Of a stretch of 55,085 nt of DNA, positions 8,757-20,767 are shown piece after piece. The notes beneath the pieces are model-generated. The model did no database searches. It saw nothing but the letters and a program-made list of their open reading frames with translations, and was not told where the DNA came from. The position numbers were made by a program, and so were the translations under genes. The number at the start of each line of letters is the position of its first letter. The stretch's first letter is position 1. The stretch is from Myxococcota bacterium (lineage in GTDB: Bacteria; Myxococcota; JACRCW01), in assembly GCA_040752415.1 (NCBI GenBank), contig JBFMGU010000037.1:1-55085 (forward strand). The letters are read 5' to 3'.

Positions 8757-9968
8757 TCAGTCCGACGCCACCACGCCGGGCGAGGGCCACCACAGCAACA
8801 GCGCCCCCACCACGGGCTGGATGAGCACCACCAGGAGGAATCCCGCCGTCACCCCGAGCCAGCCCGCGTTCTGGGCGAGGGACGCGGTGGCAGGGTAGGT
8901 GCCGCTGTTGCCCACGTCGGGGACGTAGAACGCCACCCACGGCGACACCGCCACCACGGCGAGCGAGAGAGCGATGGCCAGCCCCAGCGCGCCAAAGAGC
9001 GCGGGTCCCGTGGCCATGATGGCAATGGCGGTGGCGCGCGAGACCGCGTTGTGGCTCTCCGCGTCGGCGAGCGCGGCATCATCCCGGCAGCAACCCGCGC
9101 GCTTCACCTCCACATGGCCCAGGTTCATGGCGTCGACGACGGTAAGCGCCAGGCCCATGACGCCGAGCCACACCGCGAGCGGAATGGCCACCACGCCGCC
9201 GAACACGAGCCAGAAGCCACCCGACGACGAGATGTAGTTCTGCACCGCGCCGCCCACCGCCACGAGCATCAACGCCCCTGCCACCACCGTCGCCGACGAG
9301 ATGAACAACGCCGCTTCCGCCAGGGCGAGCCCGCCGCGCTCGAGGTTGCGACGCAACAGGAACGCGTTGAGCGCCTGGTCCACGGTGTCGTCGGGGTGGG
9401 CCTGGCGGTAGGCGCGGAACTCCTTGAAGTCGCGCGGGCTCTGGAAGCCCAGTCGCTGCTGTGCTCCGGGGGTGTCCAGGAGCGCGGTGGGTTCCTTGCC
9501 GGTCACGGCGTGCGCCAGGTCGCGACTCTGGGTGAGCAACATGCGGAACGTCTCCCCGGAGACCGCGGCGCGATGCAGGATGCTCATCCCATCACGGTCC
9601 ACGACGGAGGCTGCCCAGGTGAGCCGTCTTCCCTCGCTCACCACGGAGCTCACCACGGCCAGGCGTGCGCCCAGGGCGCCCATGATCTCCGCCACGCATT
9701 CCTGGCTGCAGCCCATGGCCTGGATGTCCGCCTCGTGGGCCAGCAGCGCGCGCACCTCCTCGGTGCTGATGACGCTGAACGAGCCCACGTCCCCCAGCGC
9801 CGAGGTCAACGCCGTGGTGAGCAGCAGCGAAACCTCCGCGGCCGAGGCCGATCCCCCGTCCACCTGCACCGGCAGCACCACGGCGGAAGGTTGCCCGTCG
9901 ACGGAATCTGCTTGCGCCCCCACGTCGGAAGCAAGCAGGCCGAGCAGCATGACGGAAGTCCACCCCAT
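8757..9968 (-). CDS. Membrane protein, tandem paralog of 7439..8749
   Basis: AVVLPVQV...GCSQECVAEIMGALGARLAVVSSV; shares LALAE and GCCRD motifs; start chosen at ATG 9968. Confidence 0.7.
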   Translation of the reverse strand: MGWTSVMLLGLLASDVGAQADSVDGQPSAVVLPVQVDGGSASAAEVSLLLTTALTSALGDVGSFSVISTEEVRALLAHEADIQAMGCSQECVAEIMGALGARLAVVSSVVSEGRRLTWAASVVDRDGMSILHRAAVSGETFRMLLTQSRDLAHAVTGKEPTALLDTPGAQQRLGFQSPRDFKEFRAYRQAHPDDTVDQALNAFLLRRNLERGGLALAEAALFISSATVVAGALMLVAVGGAVQNYISSSGGFWLVFGGVVAIPLAVWLGVMGLALTVVDAMNLGHVEVKRAGCCRDDAALADAESHNAVSRATAIAIMATGPALFGALGLAIALSLAVVAVSPWVAFYVPDVGNSGTYPATASLAQNAGWLGVTAGFLLVVLIQPVVGALLLWWPSPGVVASD

Positions 9969-10076
9969 GCCCGGCGCGATTAGTCCGGGGCCCGGCGACC
10001 GCGCAATCACACGCGCCGCGTTTGACCTTGCATTGCAGGACCGGCTACCGACCCGCGCACGCTTCGGGGGGCGTCC

Positions 10077-10835
10077 ATGCGCGCGTTCGTCGTCACGGTG
10101 TGGCTCCTGGCGCTCGGGGACGTCGCCCGCGCTGACGAGCCGCCGGCACAACCTGACGCGCCGTTGGGACCGGAGGCGCCCCCCGCGCCCGACGTCACTC
10201 CCGCGGTACCGCCATCCGAACCCACGTCACCTCCCGCCACCACGTCGGAACCGCCCGCCCCGGCGGCCCCCGCACCGACGAACACACCGGTCCAACCGGA
10301 GCGCATCTCGTCGGACCCGTCCCCCGCTCCCACCGTGGCGGTGCTGGCGGGCGTGGCGGGTGGGCTGGTGATGGGGGCGGCGTTGCTGCCGGCGGCTCCG
10401 TGCCTGTGGTGTGCACCGGCGGGCGTTCTCTCCGTGGGAGCGGGCAGCGCGGGCGGTGCATTGGCGGCCAGGCGGATCCTGCAGCACCGGGCGGGTCGGA
10501 CCGTTTCCGTGGCGCGGGCGTTGCTCGTGGGCCTGGTTCCCACGCTGGGCTGCGCGGCGATTGCGGGCCTCTACCAGTCGGCGTCGTTGGCACTGGTGGC
10601 GTTCAGCCTGTTGGCATTCCAGATCCTCAGCCCGGTGCAGCTCGTCGTGTACCTGGTGCTGTGGCACCTGCCGCGCTCGGAGAATGCGTTCTGGCACGCG
10701 GCCATGGCGCTGCTGGCGTTGAGCGCGGTTCCGGTGTTGCTGGCGCCGCTGGTGTCCGGCGCGGGATGGGCCTGGGTGGCGTCCAGTGACGTCGCCACGG
10801 AGCTGGTGGAAGACCCGGCGGGAGCATCCCCATGA
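10077..10835 (+). CDS. Hypothetical membrane protein with signal peptide and Pro-rich linker
   Basis: Signal peptide (VARA), Pro-rich stretch, several hydrophobic helices; ATGA overlap with next gene. Confidence 0.65.
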   Translation: MRAFVVTVWLLALGDVARADEPPAQPDAPLGPEAPPAPDVTPAVPPSEPTSPPATTSEPPAPAAPAPTNTPVQPERISSDPSPAPTVAVLAGVAGGLVMGAALLPAAPCLWCAPAGVLSVGAGSAGGALAARRILQHRAGRTVSVARALLVGLVPTLGCAAIAGLYQSASLALVAFSLLAFQILSPVQLVVYLVLWHLPRSENAFWHAAMALLALSAVPVLLAPLVSGAGWAWVASSDVATELVEDPAGASP

Positions 10836-11773
10836 GAACGCGCGCGTACGTGGGAGCGCTGCTGCTCCTCCTGGGGTGCTCGGAGTGGCGCGGCGTGGTC
10901 AGTGACACGGAGGCCACGTTGCTGGGCATGTGGGGACCGACGCCCGACGACGTCTGGGCCGTGGGTCAGGAGCTGGGGCCGTTGGCCATCGGGCAGGTCG
11001 GGCGGTTCGTGCACTGGGATGGCCGCAGCTGGACGCAGATGGACCAGGTGGACCGGCCGTTGAACACCATCCACGGCACCGCGCACGACGACATCTGGGC
11101 CGGCGGCGCGGGCAAGCTGCTGCTGCACTTCGACGGGAGCACGTGGCAGCCGGTGTCCCTGCCCGACGAGCTTCCACCGCTGGACATCAAGGCCATCCGC
11201 GCGCTGGCGCGGGACAACGTCTGGATTGGCGTCGAGCAGCCGCAGGTCAGCACCGAGGGGCGCGAGAACTTCCGGGGTCCCAGCCTGCTGCACTGGGACG
11301 GCGCCAGCTGGACGTCCACCACGCTGCGCGACGAGGAAGACGACGTCACCGGCGCCTCGAGCCTGGCATTCGTCTCTCCCAGCGACGGCTGGGCGGGCGG
11401 GGTGGGCGCGCTGTTCCGTTGGGATGGCACCACGTGGAATCGCCTCGAGCCGGTGGCGTACTGGGTGGCGCTCTGGGCGGTGTCGTCGACGGACGTGTGG
11501 GCTGCGTCCTTCAGCGGTGAGCTCGCGCATTTTGACGGGAGCGGTTGGTCCTCCACGCTGGCGCCCACCTCGCGCGAGCTGAAGGCGTTGTGGGGTGCGT
11601 CCTCGGACGAGATCTGGGCGGTGGGTGACACCGGCACGCTGCTGCGCTGGGACGGGTCGAGCTGGGAGCGGACCCCGAGCGGAACGAACGCCAACCTGGG
11701 CGCCATCCACGGCTTCAGCGCCGACGACGTCTGGATCGGCGGCCAGTACGGCGTCATCCGGCATCATCCCTGA
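10832..11773 (+). CDS. WD40/YVTN/BNR-like beta-propeller repeat lipoprotein
   Basis: Lipobox-like LLLGC; repeated LxxxWGxxxDDVWAVG...HWDGxSW units. Confidence 0.85.
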   Translation: MRTRAYVGALLLLLGCSEWRGVVSDTEATLLGMWGPTPDDVWAVGQELGPLAIGQVGRFVHWDGRSWTQMDQVDRPLNTIHGTAHDDIWAGGAGKLLLHFDGSTWQPVSLPDELPPLDIKAIRALARDNVWIGVEQPQVSTEGRENFRGPSLLHWDGASWTSTTLRDEEDDVTGASSLAFVSPSDGWAGGVGALFRWDGTTWNRLEPVAYWVALWAVSSTDVWAASFSGELAHFDGSGWSSTLAPTSRELKALWGASSDEIWAVGDTGTLLRWDGSSWERTPSGTNANLGAIHGFSADDVWIGGQYGVIRHHP

Positions 11774-11830
11774 CCACGCCCAAGACGGAACCACTGGTCG
11801 CCGCCACCCTCCGGGCGCTATGTCGCCGCC

Positions 11831-13747
<1,917 letters not shown>

Positions 13748-13797
13748 CCTGACGCTGAAGGATTGTTACCGCTGCATCACATCATCAGGAGTCGTCG

Positions 13798-14076
13798 ATG
13801 ACCCGCATGGTCAATTGCGCCAAGTTGCAGAGGGAGCTTCCGGGGATTGCCAAGGACCCCTTCGGCAATGAGCTGGGCAAGCGCATCTACGAGAACATCA
13901 GCCAGGAAGCGTGGAACATGTGGCTGGAGCACCAGAAGATGCTGCTCAACGAGTACCGGCTGAACCTCGCCGACAAGAAGGCGCGCCAGTTCCTGGCCGA
14001 GCAGTGCGAGAAGTACTTCTTTGGCGAAGGCGCCGCGCTCCCGCCCGACTACAAGGCCCCGCCCAAGAAGGGCTGA
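13798..14076 (+). CDS. yggX: Fe(II)-trafficking / oxidative damage protection protein YggX
   Basis: [10 protein letters not shown]...[37 protein letters not shown]. Confidence 0.95.
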   Translation: MTRMVNCAKLQRELPGIAKDPFGNELGKRIYENISQEAWNMWLEHQKMLLNEYRLNLADKKARQFLAEQCEKYFFGEGAALPPDYKAPPKKG

Positions 14077-14083
14077 CCCCGTG

Positions 14084-15517
14084 ATGCGCGCCGACGGTGA
14101 CGTGCTGCTGGTGTCCTGCTACGCGCTGGGCCATCAGCCGCTCTCGCTGGCGGGCGCGCAGGGCGCGTTGCGGGCCGCGGGATTCCGTCCCCGACTGCTG
14201 GACACCTCGCGCACGCGGCTGCGTCCCGCCGACCTGGCCGCACCGCGGCTGATTGCCATCTCCGTCCCCATGCACACCGCGCTGCGGCTGGGCGCGGAGG
14301 TGGCGCAGACCGCCCGCGCGCTGGGCAGCACCGCCGTCATTGTCTGCTTTGGCCTCTACGCGCCGCTCAATGAAGCGCACCTGAGGGGCTGCGGCGTCGA
14401 CGTGGTGCTGGGGCCCGAGAACGTGGACGAGCTGGTCCTGCTGGCGCGTCTCCTCGACGAGAAGAGCAGAGACGAAGCGCTGCGGGAATTCGAGGCGGTG
14501 CGGCACAAGGAGCTGCGCCCACGTCGACCGGGGTTGGAGATCCTGGACCGCCAGGGCCTGCCGCCCCTCACGGACTACGTGCAGCTCCGCCACGGCGGGA
14601 GGCTGGTTACGGTGGGCTACGCGGAGGGCACGCGCGGCTGCAAGCACGTGTGTCGACACTGTCCCATCACGCCGGTGTACCAGGGACGCTTCTTCGCGCT
14701 GGACCGCGCCACCGTCCTGGACGACATCTCCCGCCAGGTGGCCGCCGGCGCCGGTCACATCACCTTCGGCGACCCGGACTTCCTCAACGGCCCCACCCAC
14801 GCGCTGCGCCTGGTCCGCGAGCTCCACACGCGCCATCCCGACGTCACCTGGGACGCGACGATCAAGGTCGAGCACATCCTCAAGCACCGCGAGCTGTTCA
14901 CGGAGCTGAAGTCGCTGGGCTGCCTGTTCGTGGTCTCGGCGGTGGAGTCGTTGAGCCCGGTGGTGCTGGACAAGCTGCACAAGCGCCACGGCCCCGACGA
15001 CATCCGCGTGGCGTTGCAGGTGGTCCGTGACGCGGGCATCACGCTGCGGCCCACGTTCGTGGCGTTCACGCCGTGGACGGGCGCCGCGGACTACCTGGAG
15101 ATGGCGCGCTTCATCCTCGACGAGGATCTGCTGGACGCGGTGGACCCGGTGCAGCTGGCGGTGCGTCTGCTCATTCCGCCGCGCAGCGCGCTGCTGGAGG
15201 TCTGCCAGGGTGAGCCGTGGCTGGGCCCTCTGCACCAGCCGAGCCTCAGCCACATCTGGACGCACCCCGACCCGCGCATGGACGCGTTGGCGCAGGAGCT
15301 GGCCGACCTGGCCGCGGAAGCGGCGGGGCAGGGCGAGGACTCCGTGGCGACGATGTTGCGGATGCTGGAGGTGGCGCAGCAGCGGTTGGGCGTGGCGCTC
15401 AAGATGCCGCCGCAGCGACCGCACCGGATTGCGCCGGGACTCACGGAGAACTGGTTCTGTTGAGCGGAACCCACGGAGGGCCAGTTGGCTCTCGTGACCA
15501 GCGGGACGCACGCCTGA
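14084..15517 (+). CDS. CUAEP-tail radical SAM selenoprotein (UGA at 15461-15463 read as selenocysteine)
   Basis: CxxxCxxC (CKHVCRHC); N-terminal B12-binding-like region (SCYALGHQP...ISVPMHTA). The frame continues WFC-UGA-AEPTEGQLALVTSGTHA to TGA 15515-15517, giving the CUAEP motif; SECIS-like hairpin follows the UGA. Confidence 0.88.
15472..15496 (+). promoter_or_regulatory. Putative bacterial SECIS element
   Basis: CACG(G)AGGGCC-AGTT-GGCTCTCGTG stem-loop; apical loop starts 19 nt after the in-frame UGA and has G at loop position 2. Confidence 0.75.
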
Positions 15518-15577
15518 GGAATTCCGGGGCCGCGGCGGCTTGTCCCGCTCCCGGCCCGGGGTGTTACTCCTGCGCGC

Positions 15578-16036
15578 ATGACGGATGATGACAACGTCTT
15601 CCGGGATGCCGACACCGCGGCGCGTGCCGAGATTGCCGCGTCCCAGGAGAACCGGGACCAACCTGTCTCCCTGGCCAGGCAGCTCACGCGGCTGCACCAG
15701 CGCGGCGACCTGTGGCCCGCGCTGAAGCTGGCCATGGAGAAAGTGAATACTTCCGACGAGAGCATTGCCGCGGGCACCTACCTGCAGCGGAACCGCGACG
15801 CGCTCCTGCAGGCCTGCGAGTGGCGCCTGGGCGGCTTCACCAACACGCCGCGGGTGCGCATCAGCAAGGAGGAGATGGCCCGCCACAAGCTGGACCACCG
15901 CAGCGCCTACCTGCTGTTCATGATCGACGGGCAGCACACCTACGAGGACCTGCTGCAGATTGCCGGCGTGCCCGAGCTGGAGGGCGCCTACACGTTCGCG
16001 TGGCTGCACGAGGCGGGCATCATCGAGAACGCGTGA
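15578..16036 (+). CDS. Hypothetical protein with C-terminal winged-helix-like motif
   Basis: PRV...LDHRSAYLLFMIDGQHTYEDLLQIAG...LHEAGII, a pattern common in myxobacterial proteins; strong GC3 bias. Confidence 0.75.
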   Translation: MTDDDNVFRDADTAARAEIAASQENRDQPVSLARQLTRLHQRGDLWPALKLAMEKVNTSDESIAAGTYLQRNRDALLQACEWRLGGFTNTPRVRISKEEMARHKLDHRSAYLLFMIDGQHTYEDLLQIAGVPELEGAYTFAWLHEAGIIENA

Positions 16037-16039
16037 GGC

Positions 16040-17326
16040 TCAGGCCACGGGCAGCTTGCCGTGGATGTTGAAGCGCAGGCGCCGGTGTCCTTCCCGCAGC
16101 GCCTCCTCGACGAGCGCCGGGGCCTCCCCGCGGGCGAACATGAAGCCCAGGTAGCTCGCGCCCTCCGGCAGCGGCACCAGCTCCTCGCCCTCGCGCACGG
16201 TGATGGCAACCTCGGTGACGCCGGAGACGCGCAACGCCTCCGCCACGCCGTCCACGCCGTGGAAGATGCCCGCGCGCGGAATGGGCAGCATCATCACGCC
16301 CACCGCCGCAACCTCGCGCGGGGGCGCCTGGTACGCGCGACCGAGCGCCGCCTCCAACACCACCTCATCCAGGCTGCGCCCCGTTCCAAACCGCAACATC
16401 CGACTGCACAACCCACCAATGCTGCGCGCCGCCGCCTCGATGACGACGGGACGGCCGCCGTGTCGTGCGTCCAGGCGCAGCTCCGCGTGCACCGGTCCGT
16501 GGGTGAGCCCCATGGCCCGCGCCGCCTGCGCCACCGCCGCCACCGTCTCCAGCTGCACGGGCGCGGGGTGACGCGACGGCGTGATGTACAGCGTCTCCTC
16601 GAAGAAGGGCCCATCCAGCGGGTCCGGCTTGTCAAAGAACGCCAGCACCTGCAGCTCTCCGTCGTGGAGCAGGCCCTCCACCGCCACCTCCACGCCGGGA
16701 ATGAACTCCTCCACCACGATCTTGGCGCGGTCCGGGTCGCGCGAGCGTTTGAGATCCGGGTCCGCGAGGATGCGCGTCAGGCGCTCCAGGCAGGCGTGCA
16801 GCGACGGGGCGTCGTCGGCGCGCATCACGCCGCGGCTTCCGGAGAGCAACGCCGGCTTCACCACCACCGGCCATCCCAGCTCCCGCGCGACGACATCCGC
16901 GATGACCTCCGCCGCCACCCCGACGTCCCGGGGCAGCGCAAAGCTCCGCGCCCGCGGCGTGGCCACGTTCCCGGCGGTGAGGCAGGTGCGCAGCAGCGCC
17001 TTGTTGCGGGCAATGGCGGCGGCCTCGGGCGGGTTGGTGCGCAGGCCCAGGCGCGCGCTGAGTCGGGCGGCCAGGGCGCTGGTCTGGTCGCACGTCCCCA
17101 CAATGGCTGCAAAGCCTGCCGCCGCGTGCGCCTTCTCCACGTGCGTGAAGCACCGCGCTTCATCCTCCAGCGGCAGCGTCAGGTCCTCGTCCTGCCAGCC
17201 CTTGGACAGGCGGTGGCAGCGGTCGCTGCCCACGGTGAGGCGCACGCCCAGCTTGTCCGCGGCGGCCTGGATGTCGTCCAGCCGGTAGGTGCGCTTCTGC
17301 GTCAGCAAGAGCACGCGCGTGGCCAT
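16040..17326 (-). CDS. ATP-grasp domain protein (amino-acid ligase-like)
   Basis: ARNKALLR, WPVVVKPALLSGSRGV, VVEEFIPGVEVAVEG, GPVHAELR and VIEAAARSIGG motifs; GGAGGAG SD before ATG 17326. Confidence 0.9.
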   Translation of the reverse strand: MATRVLLLTQKRTYRLDDIQAAADKLGVRLTVGSDRCHRLSKGWQDEDLTLPLEDEARCFTHVEKAHAAAGFAAIVGTCDQTSALAARLSARLGLRTNPPEAAAIARNKALLRTCLTAGNVATPRARSFALPRDVGVAAEVIADVVARELGWPVVVKPALLSGSRGVMRADDAPSLHACLERLTRILADPDLKRSRDPDRAKIVVEEFIPGVEVAVEGLLHDGELQVLAFFDKPDPLDGPFFEETLYITPSRHPAPVQLETVAAVAQAARAMGLTHGPVHAELRLDARHGGRPVVIEAAARSIGGLCSRMLRFGTGRSLDEVVLEAALGRAYQAPPREVAAVGVMMLPIPRAGIFHGVDGVAEALRVSGVTEVAITVREGEELVPLPEGASYLGFMFARGEAPALVEEALREGHRRLRFNIHGKLPVA

Positions 17327-17373
17327 GGCGCTCCTCCCGCGTCCGTCATGACGCCCAAGCACCGCCCGCGCAA

Positions 17374-18063
17374 TCACAGCTCCACCGGCAGGAGCACGCG
17401 CGCCTCCAATGCCGCCTCCGGTCGCGGCGTGGGAAGCACCAGCCCCACGGTGTGCACGTCAAAGCCCAGGGGACTGACGGAGATGCCCAGCTCCAAGGGC
17501 AGCGGCGGCAGCCGCACCGTGGCGCCGAAGGGCGTGCGCAGGCCCAGGCCCACGGGCAGGTTCCGCTGCCAGCTCTTGCGCTGCTCCAGCAGCAGGGAGC
17601 GGCTGTCAAAGAAGCTCACGCGGCCGCCCACGCCGATCCACAGGTCGAGGTTGAGGTCGTGGCGGATGAACTCCAGTGTCCAGTAGGAGAAGCGGTAGTC
17701 CACCGCCGCGGCCACGCCGCCAAACAGGACGTCATACGCCACGCTGCCCACCACGCTGTGACGGTCCCAGCGCGCGCCCAGCTGCAGGCCAAAGGGGTGC
17801 CCCAGCTGCAGCCCGAACGAGAAAGGTGCGCGCTTGCGTCGAGGCGCGGCGGAAACCGGCGCACTGTCCGTGCTCCGCGTCACGCCGGCGCTGGTGTTCG
17901 GGGTCACGTCGGGCGGAGCGGGGGCGGCCTGCGCCAGCTGTCCCGTCCGGTACAGTAGCCCTGTGCGGGTTGCCGACGATCCCTGCCGACTCCACGCCTC
18001 CACCGGGGCAAGGATGGCGAGGAGCAGGCCCACGCAGGCCACACGGACAGGGAACCAGGACAT
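17374..18063 (-). CDS. Secreted, probable small outer-membrane beta-barrel protein
   Basis: Signal peptide (VEA); amphipathic strands FSFGLQLGHPFGLQLG, LWIGVGGRV, GLGLRTPFG; start uncertain (18063 or 18075). Confidence 0.6.
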   Translation of the reverse strand: MSWFPVRVACVGLLLAILAPVEAWSRQGSSATRTGLLYRTGQLAQAAPAPPDVTPNTSAGVTRSTDSAPVSAAPRRKRAPFSFGLQLGHPFGLQLGARWDRHSVVGSVAYDVLFGGVAAAVDYRFSYWTLEFIRHDLNLDLWIGVGGRVSFFDSRSLLLEQRKSWQRNLPVGLGLRTPFGATVRLPPLPLELGISVSPLGFDVHTVGLVLPTPRPEAALEARVLLPVEL

Positions 18064-18268
18064 GGCGGCGGACATTACGCGCACCACCCTGCCCCAGGCA
18101 CGCGTCCTCGGGTGTCCACGGAAAACGTGGCGCTTTGGTTGCCCCAGGGAAGGGCCCTGCCTATGTTGGCAGCCGTGCCTTGAGGAAGCCTCTCCTGGGA
18201 CGGGAGCGGTCAATCAGGTACCGAACCCTTGAACGGCCCCGTCCAACCACGCCGCCGGAAGGTCAACA

Positions 18269-20686
18269 ATGTCCTCGAAGAAGAAAGATCCCAAGACCGA
18301 GCTCAAGGCCACCGACCTCCCCGGTGAGCTGCCCATCCTCCCCCTGAGGAACAGCGTGTTCTTCCCGGGCGCGGTGATGCCGTTGACCATCGGGCGCGCC
18401 AAGACCATCCGGCTCATCGAGGAAGTCACGCGCGAGAACAGCCTGCTGGGCATTGTCACCCAGAAGGCGCCGGAGATTGATGACCCCACCGCCGACGACA
18501 TGTACCGCGTGGGCACCGCGGCGCGGATCATCAAGCTGGCCCGCACCGGCAAGGATGGCTTCAACATCGTGGTGCAGGGCATTGCCCGCTTCCGCGTGGA
18601 CGGCTTCAACCAGGACGAGCCGTTCTTCGTGTCGCGCATCACGCCGCTGATGGACCAGGGCGTGGGCGACGTGGAGGCCGAGGCCCTGGCGCTGACGCTC
18701 AAGAGCACCGCGCGCGAGGTCATTGACCTGCTGCCCGAGATCCCGGTGATGGCCAAGCAGCTGCTGGAGTCCATCAGCGAGCCCGGGCACCTGGCGGACA
18801 TCATCACCGCCAACATCGACGCCACCATCGAGGAGAAGCAGGAGGTCCTGGAGGCCGTCCACCTGCGCGACCGCCTCAAGAAGGTGCTGGAGCTCATCAG
18901 CCGTCAGCTGGAGGTGCTCAAGCTCAGCAACAAGATCAACACCCAGGTGAAGGGTGAGATGAGCAAGACGCAGCGCGAGTACTACCTGCGTCAGCAGCTC
19001 AAGGCGATCAAGGAGGAGCTGGGCGAGCGCGACGAGGACGAGAACGGCCTGGAGGAGCTGGAGAAGCGCCTCAAGAAGGCCGGCCTGCGCGAGGAGGCGG
19101 AGAAGGCCGCGCAGAAGGAGCTGCGGCGCATGCGCAACATGCAGCCCAGCCAGGCGGAGTACACCGTTGCGCGCACCTACCTGGAGTGGCTGGCCGACCT
19201 GCCGTGGTCCAAGAGCTCCGAGGACAACCTGGACCTGGACAACGCCAAGAACCGGCTGGATGCGGACCACTATGATCTCGAGAAGATCAAGAAGCGCATC
19301 ATCGAGTACCTGGCCGTCCGCAAGCTGAAGAACGACATGAAGGGCCCCATCCTGTGCCTGGTGGGCCCGCCTGGCGTGGGCAAGACCTCGCTGGGGCGGT
19401 CCGTGGCGGAGAGCCTGGGCCGCAAGTTCGTGCGCATCAGCCTGGGCGGCGTGCGCGACGAGGCGGAGATTCGTGGGCACCGTCGCACGTACATTGGCGC
19501 GCTGCCCGGCCGCATCATCCAGGGCCTCAAGAAGGCGGGCACCAACAACCCCGTCTTCGTGCTGGACGAGATTGACAAGCTGGGCCACGACTTCCGTGGT
19601 GACCCGGCCGCGGCGCTGCTGGAGGTGCTGGACCCCGAGCAGAACAACACCTTCAGCGACCACTACCTGGACGTGCCGTTCGATCTGAGCCGCGTGCTGT
19701 TCATTGCCACGGCCAACCAGATGGAGCCGGTGCCGCCGCCGCTGCGGGACCGCATGGAGGTGCTGGAGCTCCCGGGCTACACGCACGAGGAGAAGCAGCA
19801 GATTGCGCGTCGTCACCTCATTCCCAAGCAGCTCAAGGAGCACGGGATCGAGGAGAAGCACCTGGAGCTCACCGAGCCGGCGCTCTCCAAGATCATCATG
19901 GGCTACACGCGGGAAGCGGGCGTGCGCAACCTGGAGCGTGAGATTGCCAGCGTGTGCCGTTGGGCCGCGGTGAAGGTGGCCAAGGGCCAGACGGAGAAGC
20001 GCACGGTGGACCTGGCGGACATCCACGAGATCCTGGGCGTGGAGAAGCACTACAACGAGGTGGCCGAGCGCACCGAGGTGCCGGGTGTGGCCACGGGCCT
20101 GGTGTGGACGCCGGTGGGTGGAGACATCATCTTCATCGAGGCCACGCGCATGGGCGGGAAGGGCAGCCTCTCGCTCACCGGTCAGCTGGGTGACGTCATG
20201 AAGGAGTCCGCGCAGGCCGCGCTCTCCTACCTGCGCACCCGCGCCCCGGAGCTGGGCCTGAGCAAGACGCCCGACGAGCACTTCCTGGAGAAGAGCGACA
20301 TCCACCTGCACTTCCCGGCGGGCGGTATCCCCAAGGACGGCCCCAGCGCGGGCGTCACCATCTGCACCGCGTTGGTGTCGCTGCTCACGGGCCGGCGCGT
20401 CCGCTCCGACGTGGCCATGACCGGCGAGATCACCCTCCGCGGCCTGGTGCTGCCGGTGGGTGGCATCAAGGAGAAGGTCCTGGCGGCGCACCGCGCGGGC
20501 ATCAAGACCATCATCCTGCCGGCGCGCAACGAGAAGGACACGCAGGACATCCCGGAGCAGGTCCGCAAGGAGCTCCACTTCGTCTACGTCAAGCGCGTGG
20601 ACGAGGTGCTGGCCAACGCGCTGGAAGGCGGCCACCCCACCCGCAGCGACATCAACGTGGTGGGCCAGCCGCAGGCGCACGCCTGA
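18269..20686 (+). CDS. lon: ATP-dependent Lon protease (resembles myxobacterial LonD/BsgA)
   Basis: [15 protein letters not shown]-domain, GPPGVGKTS Walker A, LDEIDK Walker B, PKDGPSAG catalytic Ser, GGIKEK catalytic Lys. Confidence 0.97.
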   Translation: MSSKKKDPKTELKATDLPGELPILPLRNSVFFPGAVMPLTIGRAKTIRLIEEVTRENSLLGIVTQKAPEIDDPTADDMYRVGTAARIIKLARTGKDGFNIVVQGIARFRVDGFNQDEPFFVSRITPLMDQGVGDVEAEALALTLKSTAREVIDLLPEIPVMAKQLLESISEPGHLADIITANIDATIEEKQEVLEAVHLRDRLKKVLELISRQLEVLKLSNKINTQVKGEMSKTQREYYLRQQLKAIKEELGERDEDENGLEELEKRLKKAGLREEAEKAAQKELRRMRNMQPSQAEYTVARTYLEWLADLPWSKSSEDNLDLDNAKNRLDADHYDLEKIKKRIIEYLAVRKLKNDMKGPILCLVGPPGVGKTSLGRSVAESLGRKFVRISLGGVRDEAEIRGHRRTYIGALPGRIIQGLKKAGTNNPVFVLDEIDKLGHDFRGDPAAALLEVLDPEQNNTFSDHYLDVPFDLSRVLFIATANQMEPVPPPLRDRMEVLELPGYTHEEKQQIARRHLIPKQLKEHGIEEKHLELTEPALSKIIMGYTREAGVRNLEREIASVCRWAAVKVAKGQTEKRTVDLADIHEILGVEKHYNEVAERTEVPGVATGLVWTPVGGDIIFIEATRMGGKGSLSLTGQLGDVMKESAQAALSYLRTRAPELGLSKTPDEHFLEKSDIHLHFPAGGIPKDGPSAGVTICTALVSLLTGRRVRSDVAMTGEITLRGLVLPVGGIKEKVLAAHRAGIKTIILPARNEKDTQDIPEQVRKELHFVYVKRVDEVLANALEGGHPTRSDINVVGQPQAHA

Positions 20687-20712
20687 GCTGCTGAGTCACA
20701 ACGCAGTCAACC

Positions 20713-20757
20713 CGACAGGCGGGATGGGCACCAGGCTCGTCCCGCCTGTTGTGTTTT
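20713..20757 (+). terminator. Rho-independent terminator after lon (between convergent genes)
   Basis: CGACAGGCGGGATGGGC-accag-GCTCGTCCCGCCTGTTG stem followed by TGTTTT. Confidence 0.8.
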
Positions 20758-20767
20758 CCGTCGGAAT

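Noticed and set aside
14021..15463. Radical SAM ORF as given by the ORF track (ending at WFC)
   Set aside because: Upstream extension overlaps yggX, and the terminal UGA is better explained as selenocysteine
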